Part shown: positions 22,494-36,280 of the stretch, in pieces
Position numbering within the stretch: the first letter of the stretch is position 1
How the letters are laid out: each line of letters starts with the position of its first letter
Source of the DNA: Xylographa opegraphella
Lineage: Eukaryota
Direction: 5' to 3'
Assembly: GCA_022813865.1 (NCBI GenBank)
Contig: JALDZX010000093.1
Coordinates: 1 to 47,366 of the forward strand
Length of the DNA stretch: 47,366 bases
Made by a program: the position numbers and the translations under genes
The notes under the pieces: generated by a model
What the model was told of the DNA's origin: nothing
What the model saw: only the letters and a program-made list of their open reading frames with translations
Database searches by the model: none

Positions 22494-24696
22494 GGTGGTG
22501 ATGGGGTGGGGGAAGAGAAGAGGGAGAGTGATAGAATGATAGAGTGATGCTACAACTGGCGAATGTGCGCAGCTGTCAAGTGTGCAGGACGAGGGAGGGA
22601 CATGCTAGGAAGCTGGCGGAGAAAGCTAGGGTGAAGGTCGATAGTATGGCCGAGGTCCAGGGCTTATCGCTTACGTTGCCTGTTTGGGAAGTGGGGGGTA
22701 AGATATAAGGTACGAGATCATAAAGTCAATTGCGTGGAGAGAGAGCTTGCACTTGCAGCAGTGTTGTCGTTCAATCGGACGCTTCATGAGCTAGAACTGG
22801 TCCATCTTGAAGCCGTCTGTCTCCCGATGTCGCCGTCAAAGCTATCCATTCCTGTTTGCACCAAAAAACCTACTCCTCTCTGATCCTCAGCCTGGTGGAT
22901 GAGATCACTAGCCTAGGCTCAGAAACTACCCGACTCGACTCTAGTCGTACGGCCGATGTGTCTCTAATATGTACGCTGCACCCGTCCCGTCACTATCACG
23001 GCGCAGTGGCGAGAAGTGTCGTCTGAACTTTGAAGCATCGTCTGATCTTTTCATTGATCGGGACTCGAACGTGCGTGCATTAGACTCGCTCGTCCCAGAG
23101 GCCGAGGCGGGGCGTTGGCCACTACCGATTGTTTCGATGTGCCTCGTGCATGCGGAGCAGTGTACGCTCTCTAAGGTACGGTAGACTACACTCGAGGTCT
23201 CTACGCTTTCGAGAACCACTACCGGAAGCTTGTTCGCAGCTGTCATGCAGGACGCAGCACATCATGGCCTTCTCGGACTCGCGGTGCAAACGAGCAATGC
23301 CGTCAACTGAGGATGCGCCGTCGTCGAGAACTATACCGTACCTGACCCGGGGGTCGACCAAGCCTCCGTATCCGCTGATGCTTTGATGTCGCAAGTACCA
23401 CGAACGCCTCTCAAGATCTGCCCCTTCATCGACCCTCAACTGTGGTCCGACGGAGTTCATCTGGACCAGGCATCTTCGACGAATCGCATGCAGCCTATTT
23501 GACCGGACGGTGGCTGTCTTTTGTTTCATTGAATCGGAAATCTTGCAGGCGGGCCGTTGGACGGCATGTGGCCATTGGCGCTAAACCCGATCGACGCAAG
23601 TGCCCGAGTACCTTGCAGACTAGCACGAAGGAGACTAGTGGCGGGCTTTGTTTGATTCCGGCCCTTGCCCCGTTGCGGGATGGCGTCGTCCTTTTCTTAT
23701 GTAGCGCCCAAATCAGGTTTGATCTGGCTGCATTTTCTGTCGATTCAGTCGTCGTCGTTGTAGCTGGTGAAGATTATTCTATTGTAGTTAGCAGTTGAAG
23801 TTTGAGACGACAGAATTCTCCTGGGCATTGCATGGTGCGGCGTACTCCGTAGAGAACGAAGTGAAGAATGTTCACCTGTAGCTCTCAGGGGTTGAGCGGC
23901 TTGCCGTAACAAATACATCACCATCTCGCTCTACGAACAATGGTAAGGTACCCGAGGGGAAAAGAGTCAGGGGGACGACGAATGTAAATATCAAGTGTCC
24001 CACTCCGCATTCCCCTGGCTATATTGTTATGATCCTGTCCACACACATCCTGCTCGGGCAAGGTATGTGGCTACAGATACAAGCTGTCCCTCTATCTGGA
24101 CAAAGAGTCTCCGCGCTCCTGAAGCGACGAGCAACGGCAGTAGAGATCGTACGGAGTACCTCCGTCCCGACCTGGGGACTCGAGAGTAGCGTGCCAGAGC
24201 AACTTCCAACTTTCCCACACGACGCTGACCATTGATTGACCACTTTAACGGGACCGGGATTGTCCTCCATCAGCCTCACCCCTGTCCCCTTTCTCGTCCA
24301 ACCCCTGCCTGTATCCTTTCGCCTACCTGCTTCACGGCCACCCCCCCGGCCACCGTCCATATTATTGGCACTCTCCACCACCACAAATGTCCGATGCTCT
24401 TCTCGTGCTCTGTTGCGCGCATATACATCCATCTTCCATTTCTGCTTCTCCCACGCCCTCAGCCACCCGCCCTCGCAGCACTGACCGGAGCGCGATCGCG
24501 TCGGGCCAGCGTCGTCCGTCCATCTTCGTATCACAACACGCCGCTTGGGACTCCGCATTCGCATGCGTGTCGCAAATTTCCCGGATCCCAAACACAAGCT
24601 GCTTTGATCTCGTAGCAAACATTCCTGCCCCGACAATCCGATCCATGTCACCACGACTGCCGTCGTGAAAATTTGCCGAGGGAGTCCTGCTCGACG

Positions 24697-27600
24697 ATGG
24701 CCAGCTCTCCACCCACCTCTCCTTCGGGAGCTTCACAGCGGCCCATGAGTGCCATCATCCGCCCGCCTCCACGGAGCAATAGTCGCATGAGCATGAGCAG
24801 CAGGCAAGGGGGCAGTCGAGCTTCGGACGACGAGACGAAAACCTCCGTCAAAGTTGGTATGTATCTTTCCGCTTTCCAGGAGCCTGAAAATTCCATTTCA
24901 AACGTGAGAGCTGACGATGCCTTCCTCCAGCGGTCCGCATTCGGCCGCCCTTGAACCCCTCCGATCCGGGCTTTGAGCTCATCCCGCAGCGCTTCCAACG
25001 TTCCATGGTCCAGGTCACCTCACCGACGAGCCTGGCCGTTGAGTCACCGCAAGGGCGCAAGCTCTTTGTCTTCGACAAAGTCTTTGGGGAAGACGTGTAT
25101 CAGGAAGGGGTGTGGGAGTATGTTTCCGAGTGTATTGGAGCATTCGTGCAAGGTTACAATGTTTCGGTCATGGCATATGGCCAGTCTGGGGCAGGAAAGT
25201 CCTACACGATGGGAACGTCCGGCCCGGCGGAGCAAAACGATACGAGTTTGATGGGTATGCAGGATTCTCGGGCACGCATTCATCTTACAGCGAGGCATGC
25301 TGACAATACTTCCAGGAGTCATCCCAAGAGCTGGTATCGCGCTGTTTGAAAAACTCGCTGGTCCGCCATCATTGAGCCGCGGCGGCTCCGGCATTAAATC
25401 CCCTGCTCGGTACTCGACTAACTCCGTTCATACTCTCCAAAGCCTGAGCAAAACCCCCGGCAACAAGGACTGGCAGATGAAGGCTACATACGTCGAGGTA
25501 ATTTGGTAACAAGGATAACAGCGAGTGTTACTGACACTAATCTAGATATACAATGAACAACTCCGAGATTTACTTGTGCCGGAGAATGTGCCTGCCACTG
25601 AGCGCAGCACGGTGACGATCAGAGAGGATACCAAAGGCCGGATCCTGCTCACTGGATTACAGCAAGTGACCATCAATTCGGTCGAAGATCTCCTCGATGC
25701 CCTCAATTTCGGCTCGCGGATTCGTCAAACTGATTCTACGGCTATCAATGCCAAATCATCACGCTCGCATGCCGTATTCAGTATCAACCTAGTCCAACGA
25801 AAGAGCAAGTCACAAGAGACTCCGACCCACATGAAACGGATGTCGGTGCCCTTGGAGGCGATGACCGGCAACGATGGCTGGATAACAGTCGACAGCAAAC
25901 TGCATTTTGTGGATCTGGCCGGTAGCGAACGTCTAAAAAATACTAACGCCTCGGGAGACCGTGCAAAGGAGGGCATCTCCATCAACGCTGGCCTTGCCAG
26001 CCTGGGCAAAGTGATCTCTCAACTCTCGTCTCGTCAGGCTGGATCGCATGTGTCGTATCGAGACTCGAAACTCACCCGTCTGCTGCAAGACTCGCTTGGA
26101 GGCAACGCGATCACCTACATGATCGCTTGCGTTACACCCGCAGAGTTCCACCTCAGTGAGACTCTGAATACCATCTCCTACGCTCAGCGCGCTCGTGCGA
26201 TTCAGAGTAAGCCACGCATACAACAGATTTCGGATGAGAGCGATAAGCAAGCTTTGATCGATCGTCTCCGAGCAGAAGTGTCTTTCTTGCGGGAGCAGAT
26301 TCGAAATGCTGAGCGCACCGATCGATTAGGGCTCCCGCCGCAGGATCGGCCAGAAAAACAAAATGAACGGGAGATGGAGTTGCACAATCATTTGCTCGAC
26401 ATCCAAGAGAACTATTCCGCCTTGAGCCAGCGTCATGCCAAACTCATCTCCGAGATTACCAAAGCTCGGGATAATGAGTCCAGCGAAACTCCGACCTTGA
26501 ATAGCGCCATTGGGGATAGCGCCGTGGAAAGACTGAAGCGCTCAAACTCCTTCGCCGAAGCGGTCGAGCAAGTGGTCCTCGAATACGAGAAGACTATACA
26601 AAGTCTCGAGACATCGCTCTCAAACACCAGAGCCTCACTATCATCGACGGAAAGCAGCTTACTCGAACGTGAAACTCAATGCGCATACACCGAGACAGTA
26701 AACCAGCAGCTACAGACCCGGATCCAGAAACTCATCGACCGGGAAACAAGCACTGAACAATACCTTCATGACCTCGAAGCCAAGCTTGATGGTCGTACGT
26801 CTGGCGAAGAGAAGAATTCCGTGGTCTTGACGGATCTGCGCAAAGAGTTAAGTCGTCTTCGAGAGAACGAAGTAACAAACGAGGACTACATCGCCACTCT
26901 GGAAGAAAGACTTGCTGAGGCCGATCAGGATATGGAACTGATGCAAAGAGAGATCAATCGCCTCGAGCACGTGGTGGAACGCCAACGCAGTTTAGGAAAG
27001 CTTGATAATCTGCTTTATGAGCTGGATCACATTCAACCGAAGTCCAAAAGCGACGATGCTGAACCGCAAAAGAATGGAAATAAGCAAAGCAATTCATATG
27101 GAGGCCGAAAGTGTGGGGTATCAGAGGCGACACTCAAGGTGGCAATGGAGACTGCGATTCCGGAATCTGATAACGAAGACGAAGACGACGGGGAACGGCT
27201 ACCACTAATGAGTCCCTATGGTAAGAGTCAAGTATCGGATGTCGGCTTCCAAAGTCCAGCTCAATCTGAGCTTGCGGCCAAGAAGCTGCAGTCTGTCAAA
27301 CAAGAATTATCTGACCTTCGGGTCGAACATGAATCCACTGTCAACGAATATGATCTTCTTTCCGCCAAGTACGAAGAGGCTCTACGGACGCTGGCTGCTC
27401 TGCAAGATGCGGTGGACGAATCTCGTCGTCCCTCGGCTCTGATGAGTGGTCCGACAGCTTTTTTAGAAGACGCGAGGGTGAAAGAACTCAAGGACGCTGG
27501 ACAATCTTCATCCTCGCGTTCTCTATTGTCGGAATTGTCCTCGGCTGGGGAATTGCCAGCCGCAACGGAACAGTCTGAAGCAGAGGTAGCTGCCAAGGTA

Positions 27601-30101
27601 GAAGCCGCCAGTCCAGCGGAGAAAACTACCACAGACGGTCAATTATCCTACGAAGTCGAACACCTCAAGGCCTTACATTCAGAACGAGAGCAGGGCATAT
27701 CTGAGCTCTCACTGAAGTATGCACAGCTTCAAGAACAACATTTGGACACCTTGGATCTGGTTGAAGAGCTCAAAGCTGAAGTCCAAAAAGCAAAACTGAG
27801 CGCGCCAGGCTCACCAACTTCCCCAGTGATCAGGCGCAAATCCAGCCAAAATATCATGACAATCGACAGAGCGCACCGATCTCTCGCTTCTCTGGGAAAC
27901 ATTGCGGGAGAGAACTTCGAGAATAACCCGGATACGATGCAAAATTTTGAGCTAAACCTTGGAGTTGTCATGCATGAACTTCATCAGCGCTCGGAAAGAG
28001 TACAAGTACTAGAGGCGGAGCTAGCAAGCGTCAAGAAAGAAATGGAAACTAAGATGACTATTATCAGCGGACTCACTCGAGAGCGGTCAAGTTTGAAAGG
28101 CCCTTTACCAATGGATATGTCCATGATTTCCGCAATGCGAGATCAGCTTCTGCATAGTGAAAATCAAATCAAGGTAATGCACGAAAGTTTCGCATCCCGC
28201 GAGAAAGGATTAGCGGACGAGGTGGAGTCGCTGAAAGCGTCTCTTGCAATGCAAAGCCAACGCAGCCGATCTGTCGCCATGCATGACTCTCCGGGACCGT
28301 TGGGTGGCGGACCAGGTCACAAGGATGAATTAAACGCTCGTGAGGTCGAGGATCACCAAGGACGAGACAAGCGGATCTCAGAGCTTCAAGGGGAACTGAC
28401 ACAGTGGCAACAGAAACATCAGGCTGTTGTCCACTCAATGGAAGCGTCAGAAAGGAAGTTCCTAGATACAGTTGCCGAACTTGAAGCTACTTTGGCGAAC
28501 ATTGCTACAATGCATGAGGAGAAGTCGGCCGAGTTCAATGCACAGACCAGTAGCATGTCTGCCGCCATTGCTGCATTCGAAGGAGAACGGGATGTGCATG
28601 CTGAGACCGTTGCCGCGATGAACAGAGAAATCGCAGACCACAAAGACACGATCAACGCTCATGCAGAAAAGATTGCTCGCCTTGAACAGTCGCAAGCCGC
28701 TGCCGAGCGCGAGCTCAACGAAGCAGATCAATTCAGGCTAGCTACGCAACAACACCTCGAAATCCATCGCGATCAGATCTCGCAACTGGAACAGCAGATC
28801 ATCGAACATCAATCTGCTGTAGAGTTCCACAAGCATGGTCTCAAATCTTTGCATGATTCTCACTCTCGCGAGCTTGAAGAAGCACGATCCTCAAGTCTGC
28901 AGCAAGCTGAAGCTGAGTCACAAGCTCGGATCGCCGAGCTCACAGCGCACCACACAGACGAACTTACAGCTCTACAAAGCGCAACAAACGAATTGGACCG
29001 CCAACTGCAGGAACATGAGGCTGCTCTTACGGAACACAAGCGTATTGTCAAAGAGCAGGATGCCATCATTGAGAAGCTACAGCAAGAGAAGGCTGGCCAC
29101 GGGACCTCCAAAGAGGCAGGCGAGAACAGTCTCGAAGAAGCGCAGGCCCAACTGAAGAAGGTGGAGAAAGCAAAGGTAGAGGCGGAGGCGTCTCATGCGA
29201 AAGCTCAAGCCAAGATCGAAGAGCTCACACGGGCTCAGACAGAGCTGCATGTGCAGCTTGCAGAGCTCAGCGAGAAAGAACAACGTGCAAGCCGCCTTGT
29301 CGAGGAACTCGAAGGACAACTCTCATCGACGTTTGAGGATAGCCGCGTCACGTCTGGGCGTTTTTCACTGATGCAAACTGCCCGCGATCAGGAGCTTATC
29401 GAGACCCGCGCTGCTAACCTCAAGGCTCAAGAAGAGATTGACTTCCTCAGCAAGCGACTTGATCAGCTAGAGGTATGAACCATCTCCCATACCGATCTTC
29501 TCTGTTCGAGCTAACAAGACTGCAGTCTCGACGTGGCAGCCCTACTCCCTACACCGACGGTCAGCAAGCCACTGACCGATCCAACTCGTTAACATCTGCG
29601 ATGCGTAAAAGCGCCGCTGTTACCGCGCTTCCCTCGCCACCACCGGCAATTCCACTGCCCCCACTACCAACCTCCCTCCCCAATATTGCCGAAGGCACTT
29701 CTGTGGCGCGCGCCTCGCCTCCACTGTCCAACCACATGGCCAAAGACTCCGTCAGCGCACAACTCGCCGAAGATCAAGAAGCTCGCATCAGCACCATTCA
29801 GAAACACCTGTTCGCCGAGAAGCAACTCACCGCCACGCTCGAAGAGGCACTCGTCGACCTGGAAACCCAAGGCAACAAGGTCAAGGCGGACGTGGAAGCG
29901 TGGAAGAAAAAGGCGTGGGCATACGAGGATGAGTTGACAGCGCTGCGGAAGGAACGCAACAGCAACCGCTACAGCCTGCAGGCTGTGGAGGAGGAGCGCA
30001 ACGCCCGCAAAAAGGCCGAGGCCGCGAGGGCGACGCTGGAGGAGAGGATGGCGCTGATGAATCATAGTAAGAAGAAGAAGTCGAACTTTAATTGTTTCTG
30101 A
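24697..30101 (+). CDS. Kinesin motor protein, kinesin-4-like (N-terminal motor, long coiled-coil tail); 5 exons
   Basis: Introns 24857-24930, 25255-25315, 25498-25545, 29473-29525. Motifs VKVAVRIRPP, FVFDKVF, AYGQSGAGKSYTM (P-loop), YVEIYNEQLRDLL, NAKSSRSHAVF, FVDLAGSER, HVSYRDSKLTRLLQDSLGGN. The subfamily is inferred from AGSERLKNT...RAKEGISINAGL. Confidence 0.93.
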
Positions 30102-31130
30102 GGAATGGATGGGGACGACTTTTTCCATTGTGACAGGGGTTCGGAGCTTGCTGTTTTGCAGGCACGGGTGTGGCGCTGTGGCACTTTCTCTCTTTTTCTT
30201 CCCTTGTTTTCTTCTTTTCATTGCCGGAGTGTGACTTTTGCGACGGGCCGTGGCATTCTGTTTCTTGGCCGACAAAGCTTGGGCGCGCGCATGCGGAACG
30301 ATGAGACGTCTGTTGCGGATACCCCCCTTTGTGGCGAGCTTTTGGCATGTTCTGATAGACGGTGAAGGGGACGGGTGATGATCCTGGTGAGGGCAGACGA
30401 GGGAAAAAGGAAATGAGGGTTGAGGTGGAAGTGAAGGGGGGGGGGGGGGTTTGTGTATATATTGTACGCTTCTTGTGTATAGTGGATCTGGTCTTTTAGA
30501 AGAGCGGTGGGCGACAGGTTACATTGTGCCAGACTACTGTGGGCTCGTGTTGCTTATAGGTCGTTTGCTCAATTCTTTTGCTCGGGGAGCGGCGGACGAC
30601 GATGGGGGGGATTTGGCTTTTTGTACGATTTCGCTTTTCACTGCTAGCCTAGAGAGCTCTTTTCTTCGGAGAATGCGAGATTGGGAGGTTGAGAATGCGG
30701 AGTTTGTGCTGGTGATGTGATCGTGTTTCGTGTGGATTCTTGCCCCTGCTGCTTTGACGCGTTCATGGCTCGCTACTTTACCTTGTAGACGTCCTAGGGG
30801 CTCGATGGTGGGGTGTGGTGTTCCCGGTTGAGGCCCGTTTCGCGGTCGACTATATATTGTAGACTTTGATGCGGAAGGATAAGTCACCGAGGCACAAGCG
30901 GTCGCTTGTGGCAAAGTGCTTCTTTAGGTTAGTCATCTACCTAGCGTGTCTCTGTCGCGTCCTCCGCGTCTACGGACGAACCACTCCCCTGGGACCCGGA
31001 TTGCCACGTTTTTTGGCAAGCACGGCGTAGCCCTTCCAGCTACCTTATTTACTCCCCAGGCTCGCCCGGGTTTCAAAAAGCGCCGCTGGTGGTGGTCGAG
31101 AGGTTTTTTCACGATTCGATATACACTGCC

Positions 31131-32594
31131 ATGGCTGCATTTGAGGTCATCGAGATCTCGAGTGGCGAAGAGTGGGAGGCGCCACTCGATCGCCCCTGCC
31201 CTGCGTCTGCGGTGCGCAAGGCTCGACCGTCGCTAGGGGGTTTCGTGGATCTCGGCGACGAGTTTGATTTTTCGGGCGATGCGCCTGTGGGAGGGGCGAG
31301 CGCGAGTCTCGTTTCGACGACGACTGTTGCTCGCGCGGTCGAATCCGATATCGGCGACTTTGGGTTTCCGGTTCCGAAGAGGCGGAAAGTGGTGGATGGG
31401 AAGGCGCTGGGGGATTCGATCGTTTTCACTTCGTCTCCGAGAGAATTGGTGCGGAAGGGTGTTGGTGAAGAGTGCCGGGCGAAGGGTCGAGAGGAGGAAG
31501 TGGATGGGGAGATTTCAGATACGGTGGGGGGGCAGTCGGTGGTTCTGGGGTCTCGGTTCTCGAGTCGGACGACTGCGTTGCTGTCGGAGATTGATGGCAA
31601 TAAGAACCGGGCACGGAAGAAAGAGGTGAAGGGTAGGAGGGAAGGTAAGATGCTGAAGAGGGGGACGGGTGATGGCGGCGCTGTTGCCAGGACCCAGAGT
31701 TCAGCGGTTTTGTCCACGGATGCCGAGAAGACGAAGGCGGCGGCGAGGAAGCCGCGGCTTGCGAGCGCTGAGAGGGGGTTGAAGGAGCGGGAAAGAGAGC
31801 AAGCGAGGGTACGGAAAGAACGGGAGAGAGAGGAGGAGAAGGAGAGGAGGGGATTGGCGAAGAGGGAGAAGGACATAGAGAAGCAGAGGGCGGCTGTCTT
31901 GGCCGAGGTCAACAGATCCAAGGTGGACAAGAAACTCTCGACGCCGGAAATGATCGTCGACCTCCCGGCGTCGATCGAGGGCCAGCGTTTGGATGTCCAG
32001 GTCCGAGAGTTCTTGAAGATCCTCGGCGTCGAGGTCGCGACCAAGGACACCCCCGTGCCCAACGTGATTCGCTGGCGGCGGAAAACCAAGTCTCGCTTCA
32101 ACGACGAGCTGGGCCACTGGGAACCGATGCCGGAGACTATCGTGGCGGAGAAACACACCATGTGCTTGCTCTCCGCCAAGGAGTTCGCCTCGCTGGCAGC
32201 GGCCACGGGAGCAGGCCACGCGGACGTGGAAGGGCATGTGCGGAGCCTGAAGCGCGCTTTCCCGGGCTGCATCCCCATCTACCTGATCGAAGGCCTGGAC
32301 GCCTGGGCACGACGAGCGAAGAACTCGAAGAACCGATCTTTCCAAGCGGCGGTGCAGAGGCAGATGGCGAACGTAGGCGAGTCCAGCGCCACGCCGCAGG
32401 CGAAAGCATCCAAAGCCAAGCGCAAACAGGCGGACGAGGCCTTTGTCGACGAAGACGTGGTGGAAGACGCGCTGTTGCGCCTGCAGGTCATCGAGGGCTG
32501 CCTGGTGCACCACACGGGCAGCGGCATCGAAAGCGCGGAATGGATCCAGAGCTTCACCGCGCACATCTCCACCATCCCGTACAAGTAAGTTGAA

Positions 32595-32667
<73 letters not shown>

Positions 32668-33155
32668 CAACTCGCCGGACACACTCACACACAGCGCACT
32701 TCCTCCTCGCTGACCGCGCGCGCTCCAAAGGAAACGGCGAACGAACTTCGAGGTCTCCTTCTGCATGGACGTCGGCCAGGTCAAGACGGGGGACGACAAG
32801 GACGACACGTTCGTCAAGATGTTGCAGGAGGTCAACCGCGTCACGACGCCGATCGCGTACGGCATCGCGGCCGAGTACCCCAGCGTCGTGAGCCTGGTGG
32901 CTGCGTTCAAAGAGCATGGCCCGTTGGCGCTGGCGGAGTTGACGGTGCGTGTTTCTTCTCTCTTTCTCTCTCTTTCTTTCTTTCTGTCTTGGGGTGTTTC
33001 TATGCGGGGGGCGAGGTGGCTGATTTTTTGGGGTGGTGGTGTAGAAAACAGCGAATAGTAATGGGGCGTTGACGGAGGCGCGCATCGGGCCGGCGGTGAG
33101 TAGGAGGTTGTTCAAGGTGTTTATGGCTGGGGATCCGACGTTGATGGATATATGA
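31131..33155 (+). CDS. EME1: Crossover junction endonuclease non-catalytic subunit EME1/MMS4 (ERCC4 domain); 3 exons
   Basis: Motifs EVNRSKVDKKLSTPEMIVDLP, NVIRWRRK, PIYLIEGL, VEDALLRLQV, ESAEWIQSFTAHISTIPY. Introns 32585-32730 and 32946-33043. FCMDVGQVKTG...TFVKMLQEVNRVT...IGPAVSRRLFKVF. TGA 33153-33155. Confidence 0.88.
32601..32664. repeat. (CT)32 microsatellite within EME1 intron 1
   Basis: Perfect CT dinucleotide run. Confidence 0.97.
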
Positions 33156-33535
33156 AAGCTGCTGGTCGTTGGTGTTCTAGAAGCGTCAGAGACTGGTGTG
33201 GATATATCCCACCGTTTACCATACTCACAACCCCATCCAAACGAAATACCCTCGCCACCCCTAATTCCAAGCACACCCATGTAACATCAACCCTAAATCC
33301 AAACCGCACCCACCTATAGTATGTACCCTCAGCCCTACCGAGCCCCTAGCCCCTGAATCCCACCCCATCCTTGGCGCTGTCATCCCAAACAAAGAAAACA
33401 TTTTGTTTCTTCAAACTGCCTCCCCCCACCAACTCTATCGCACGCGCATCCGCATTCGCATTCGCATTCATCGCTTCCATACATACCCCCCCATCCCACT
33501 TTTTCCACCGCATCATTTTCCACAGCAGCGCGATC

Positions 33536-34548
33536 ATGATCCTCAGTATTTCCTTGGCCCTGCTCGCTTTCCTCCTCCTGCCCGCGCTCGCCCACCGCGG
33601 CGGCAAGCTGCCCCCCCAAGCGGCCCTCTCGCCCGACACCGACTGGGCGACGAGACATATGGCAGGTTCGTTGTGAAATGTCTCCATCCTATGTGGAAGC
33701 AACGCCTGCAAATGCTTTATCCTTACATGATTCCCCAATCTCCCACGATCCCCAGCCTCACCCTCCCTCTCTCCCACCATCCCCCCTCTTCCCCAAACAT
33801 CCATTATCCCCGCCAAATCTCTCAAATTTCCAGCTAACACCCACCCCCTCACCCCCAGAAGAACACCACATCGCCAACTTCGACGCGGGCGCCTTCTTCT
33901 CGCTGCACGACTACGACTCCTCCGGCGGCTGGACGCCGGACGAGGTGCGGCGCACGTACGGGCTCGACGACGAGAGCGCCCGCGACGTGCGGCCCGACAA
34001 GCGCGAGGAGGTCACGCGCGAGGTGTACCGCCTCTTCGACGCGGACAAGAACGGCATCGTCGAGCGCGAGGAGTGGATGGGCGCGTGTGAGGAGGGGGTG
34101 CGGTTGCCGGATTTCGGGGTACGTTGGGGACTTTTTTTGTGTGTTTGGGAAGGGGGGGGTGGGAAAGGGGATTATGAGGGATATGAGTGAATATGTTTTT
34201 GGGCTGACAATTGGGGGTGATTGGGTTTAGTTGGGCCCAGGCCATCACGGCGACGACGAGTATGAGTACGAGATCCACCATTTCGAGAAGTTTCACGACG
34301 AGAGTACGTTCCCGGGTCCCTCTTGCCCACCCCACCCGCTTCCGTTCCTTCATGTCCTTACCGTCTGGGCTGTATTTCGCTAATTGCGTTTCCGCGCAGA
34401 TACCAAAGAAGAAGACCTCATCCACCCCGAAGACATCGCCCACTTCGCCAAACACGACCGTGAAGAGGCCGAGGCCGAGCGGCAAGAGGTGCTGAACCGG
34501 CAATCCATCAACGAGGCGAACATCCCCGCGAAGTTCAGGCGGCAGTGA
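33536..34548 (+). CDS. SSP120: Secretory-pathway EF-hand protein SSP120-like; 4 exons
   Basis: Signal peptide MILSISLALLAFLLLPALA. DWATRHMAEEHHIANFDAGAFFSLHDYDSSG; EF-hand FDADKNGIVEREE; RLPDFGLGPGHHGDDEYEYEIHHFEKFH; LIHPEDIAHF; NIPAKF. Introns 33666-33858, 34119-34230, 34304-34399. Confidence 0.92.
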
Positions 34549-34738
34549 CCACGGCTGAAAGCTTCTTGTATATTCTGCCCCGCAGGTTGGGTACTTTCAG
34601 CGTCGCAGCGAAATTCTGGGTTTTTCTGTGGCTGAGGTCTGTCTTGATGGGCTCATGGGTTACGGGGTAGTTTTCGGGTCGGTTATCAAGCAACACGGTT
34701 GTACATACGAGCATCGCGTTGCGGAGTGGCGTCAGGAG

Positions 34739-36280
34739 CTAGCTAGCGCGCGCTCTCTCCGCACAAGGCGCGATATGGATATCCAGCACGCAGTGGACGA
34801 CGCCCGGCGCGTACGACTTGACGCGCTCGAGGTGCTCGCAGCGGACGAGACGCGCGGCGTGCGCGGCATCGGGGGGGTTCGTGAGCGCATCGAAGCGAGC
34901 CACAATGGCGGCCTTCCGGCTTTCAATGTCCCCCACCGCGATGTTCTCGTGCGCGTGCACCCATCCGCCCAGCGCCGGGTCGAGCACCCGCACCGCGACC
35001 GGCCAGCTGGGAGCCGAGCTCGGCAGGAAGCCGCAGTTGACGTGCCGCACGGGCGGGACGCGGGTCCGCATGCCGTCCACGCGAGCGCCGGCGCGCTGGT
35101 TGTCTTCCTGGAAGACGAGCAGCCGTTCGTCCCCGTTCCCTTCGGCCTGCCCCACTCCTACACCCTGCCCGTCCTCCTCCTCCCCGCCCAACACGACCCT
35201 CACCCCCCACCCATTCATCCCCGCGCCCCTCCGCAGCCCCTCCACGCTCCACGGATTGATCTCCCACCCCAACACCCTCCCCACCCCGGCCCTCGCATAG
35301 CAAAACGCAAAGTACCCGATCCCGGCATACAGATCGACGGCCGTACACCCCCCCGGCCCGCAGCCCAGCCGCTCAGGCCTCAGCGCGCCCAGCCGCAGCA
35401 GCCGCGCCTTCTCGCGGACATTGCCGCGCGCGAACATGGTGTGCAGCGGGGCCCACGTCTGCTGCACGCCGTGCTGGGCGGCGCGGACCCAGAAGGCGCG
35501 CGCGAAAGCGGCGGCGGACGCGGGCTCGCGGGCGCCGAAGGGGCCGTACAGGGGTGTGAGGGCCGTGGGCGCGCGGAGGGTGTTGAGGGCCGCAGAGGGG
35601 GCGGTGTGGAGGGGGATGGGCGCGTTGAGCGCGATGTGTGTGACGGAGAGGGAGGCGCAGATGTGGGTGTGGAGGGCCGGGAGGTGGGCGGCGAGGGGGC
35701 CGGCGAGGAGGGCGGGCCAGGGGGGGGAGGTGAATGTGCGGGGGGGAAGGAGGAGGAGCGGTGGGTGGATTGTGTAGGTCCAGGGGTGGAGGGCGAGGAG
35801 GCTGGAGATGGGAGGGAGGGTGTGGAGGAGGGGAGCGGGGAGGGTGGAGAGCCAGTGCTGGATGGCGTGGCAGAGGAGGGAGTGGCGGTGCAGTTGTGGG
35901 AGGGCGGGCGGGAGGCTTTCGAGGTCGAGCGCGAGGTGGATGGCTGTGGGGTCTGGCGGGTGGAGAACGCGACTGAGGACGGAGGCGACAGCGTCGAGGA
36001 CGCGCTGGGCGCTAGGGGCGGAGTGCAGTGCGATAGCGTAGGTCGTCGGTATCAAGCAGGCGTCTGGGTGGGGTGTGAAACCCGATTGGAGGAGGTAGTT
36101 CTCCTGCGAGGCGGCGTCGGTGCGGAGAGGGCTGATCTTGCTGCTCTTGTCCAGCTTGCCCCGTAGCTCCAGAGCCGTTTTTATGGTCTTGGTCAGGGGC
36201 TTGGGTACGATGACGCAGAACCTGTATATTTGTGGCGGCGGCGGAACCATGCGCAGAGGACGTTGGTGTTGCTCGGTCAT
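34739..36280 (-). CDS. TRM12: tRNA wybutosine-synthesizing protein 2 (TYW2/TRM12, SAM-dependent aminocarboxypropyl transferase)
   Basis: Motifs QTWAPLHTMFARGNVREKARL, VDLYAGIGYFAFCY, WEINPWSVEGL, VRHVNCGFLPSS, GGWVHAHEN, ERVKSYAPGVVHCVLD. Start uncertain (ATG 36280 or 36250). Confidence 0.88.
   Translation of the reverse strand: MTEQHQRPLRMVPPPPQIYRFCVIVPKPLTKTIKTALELRGKLDKSSKISPLRTDAASQENYLLQSGFTPHPDACLIPTTYAIALHSAPSAQRVLDAVASVLSRVLHPPDPTAIHLALDLESLPPALPQLHRHSLLCHAIQHWLSTLPAPLLHTLPPISSLLALHPWTYTIHPPLLLLPPRTFTSPPWPALLAGPLAAHLPALHTHICASLSVTHIALNAPIPLHTAPSAALNTLRAPTALTPLYGPFGAREPASAAAFARAFWVRAAQHGVQQTWAPLHTMFARGNVREKARLLRLGALRPERLGCGPGGCTAVDLYAGIGYFAFCYARAGVGRVLGWEINPWSVEGLRRGAGMNGWGVRVVLGGEEEDGQGVGVGQAEGNGDERLLVFQEDNQRAGARVDGMRTRVPPVRHVNCGFLPSSAPSWPVAVRVLDPALGGWVHAHENIAVGDIESRKAAIVARFDALTNPPDAAHAARLVRCEHLERVKSYAPGVVHCVLDIHIAPCAERARAS

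Noticed and set aside
22941..23798. Several 70-135 aa ORFs between the SDR and kinesin genes
   Set aside because: No recognisable motifs or consistent splice model; treated as divergent promoter/intergenic DNA.
34628..36166. 512-aa plus-strand ORF and similar long ORFs (31109-32278, 13869-15014, 10658-11443)
   Set aside because: Antisense shadows of GC-rich real genes (TYW2, EME1, DENN, AAA).
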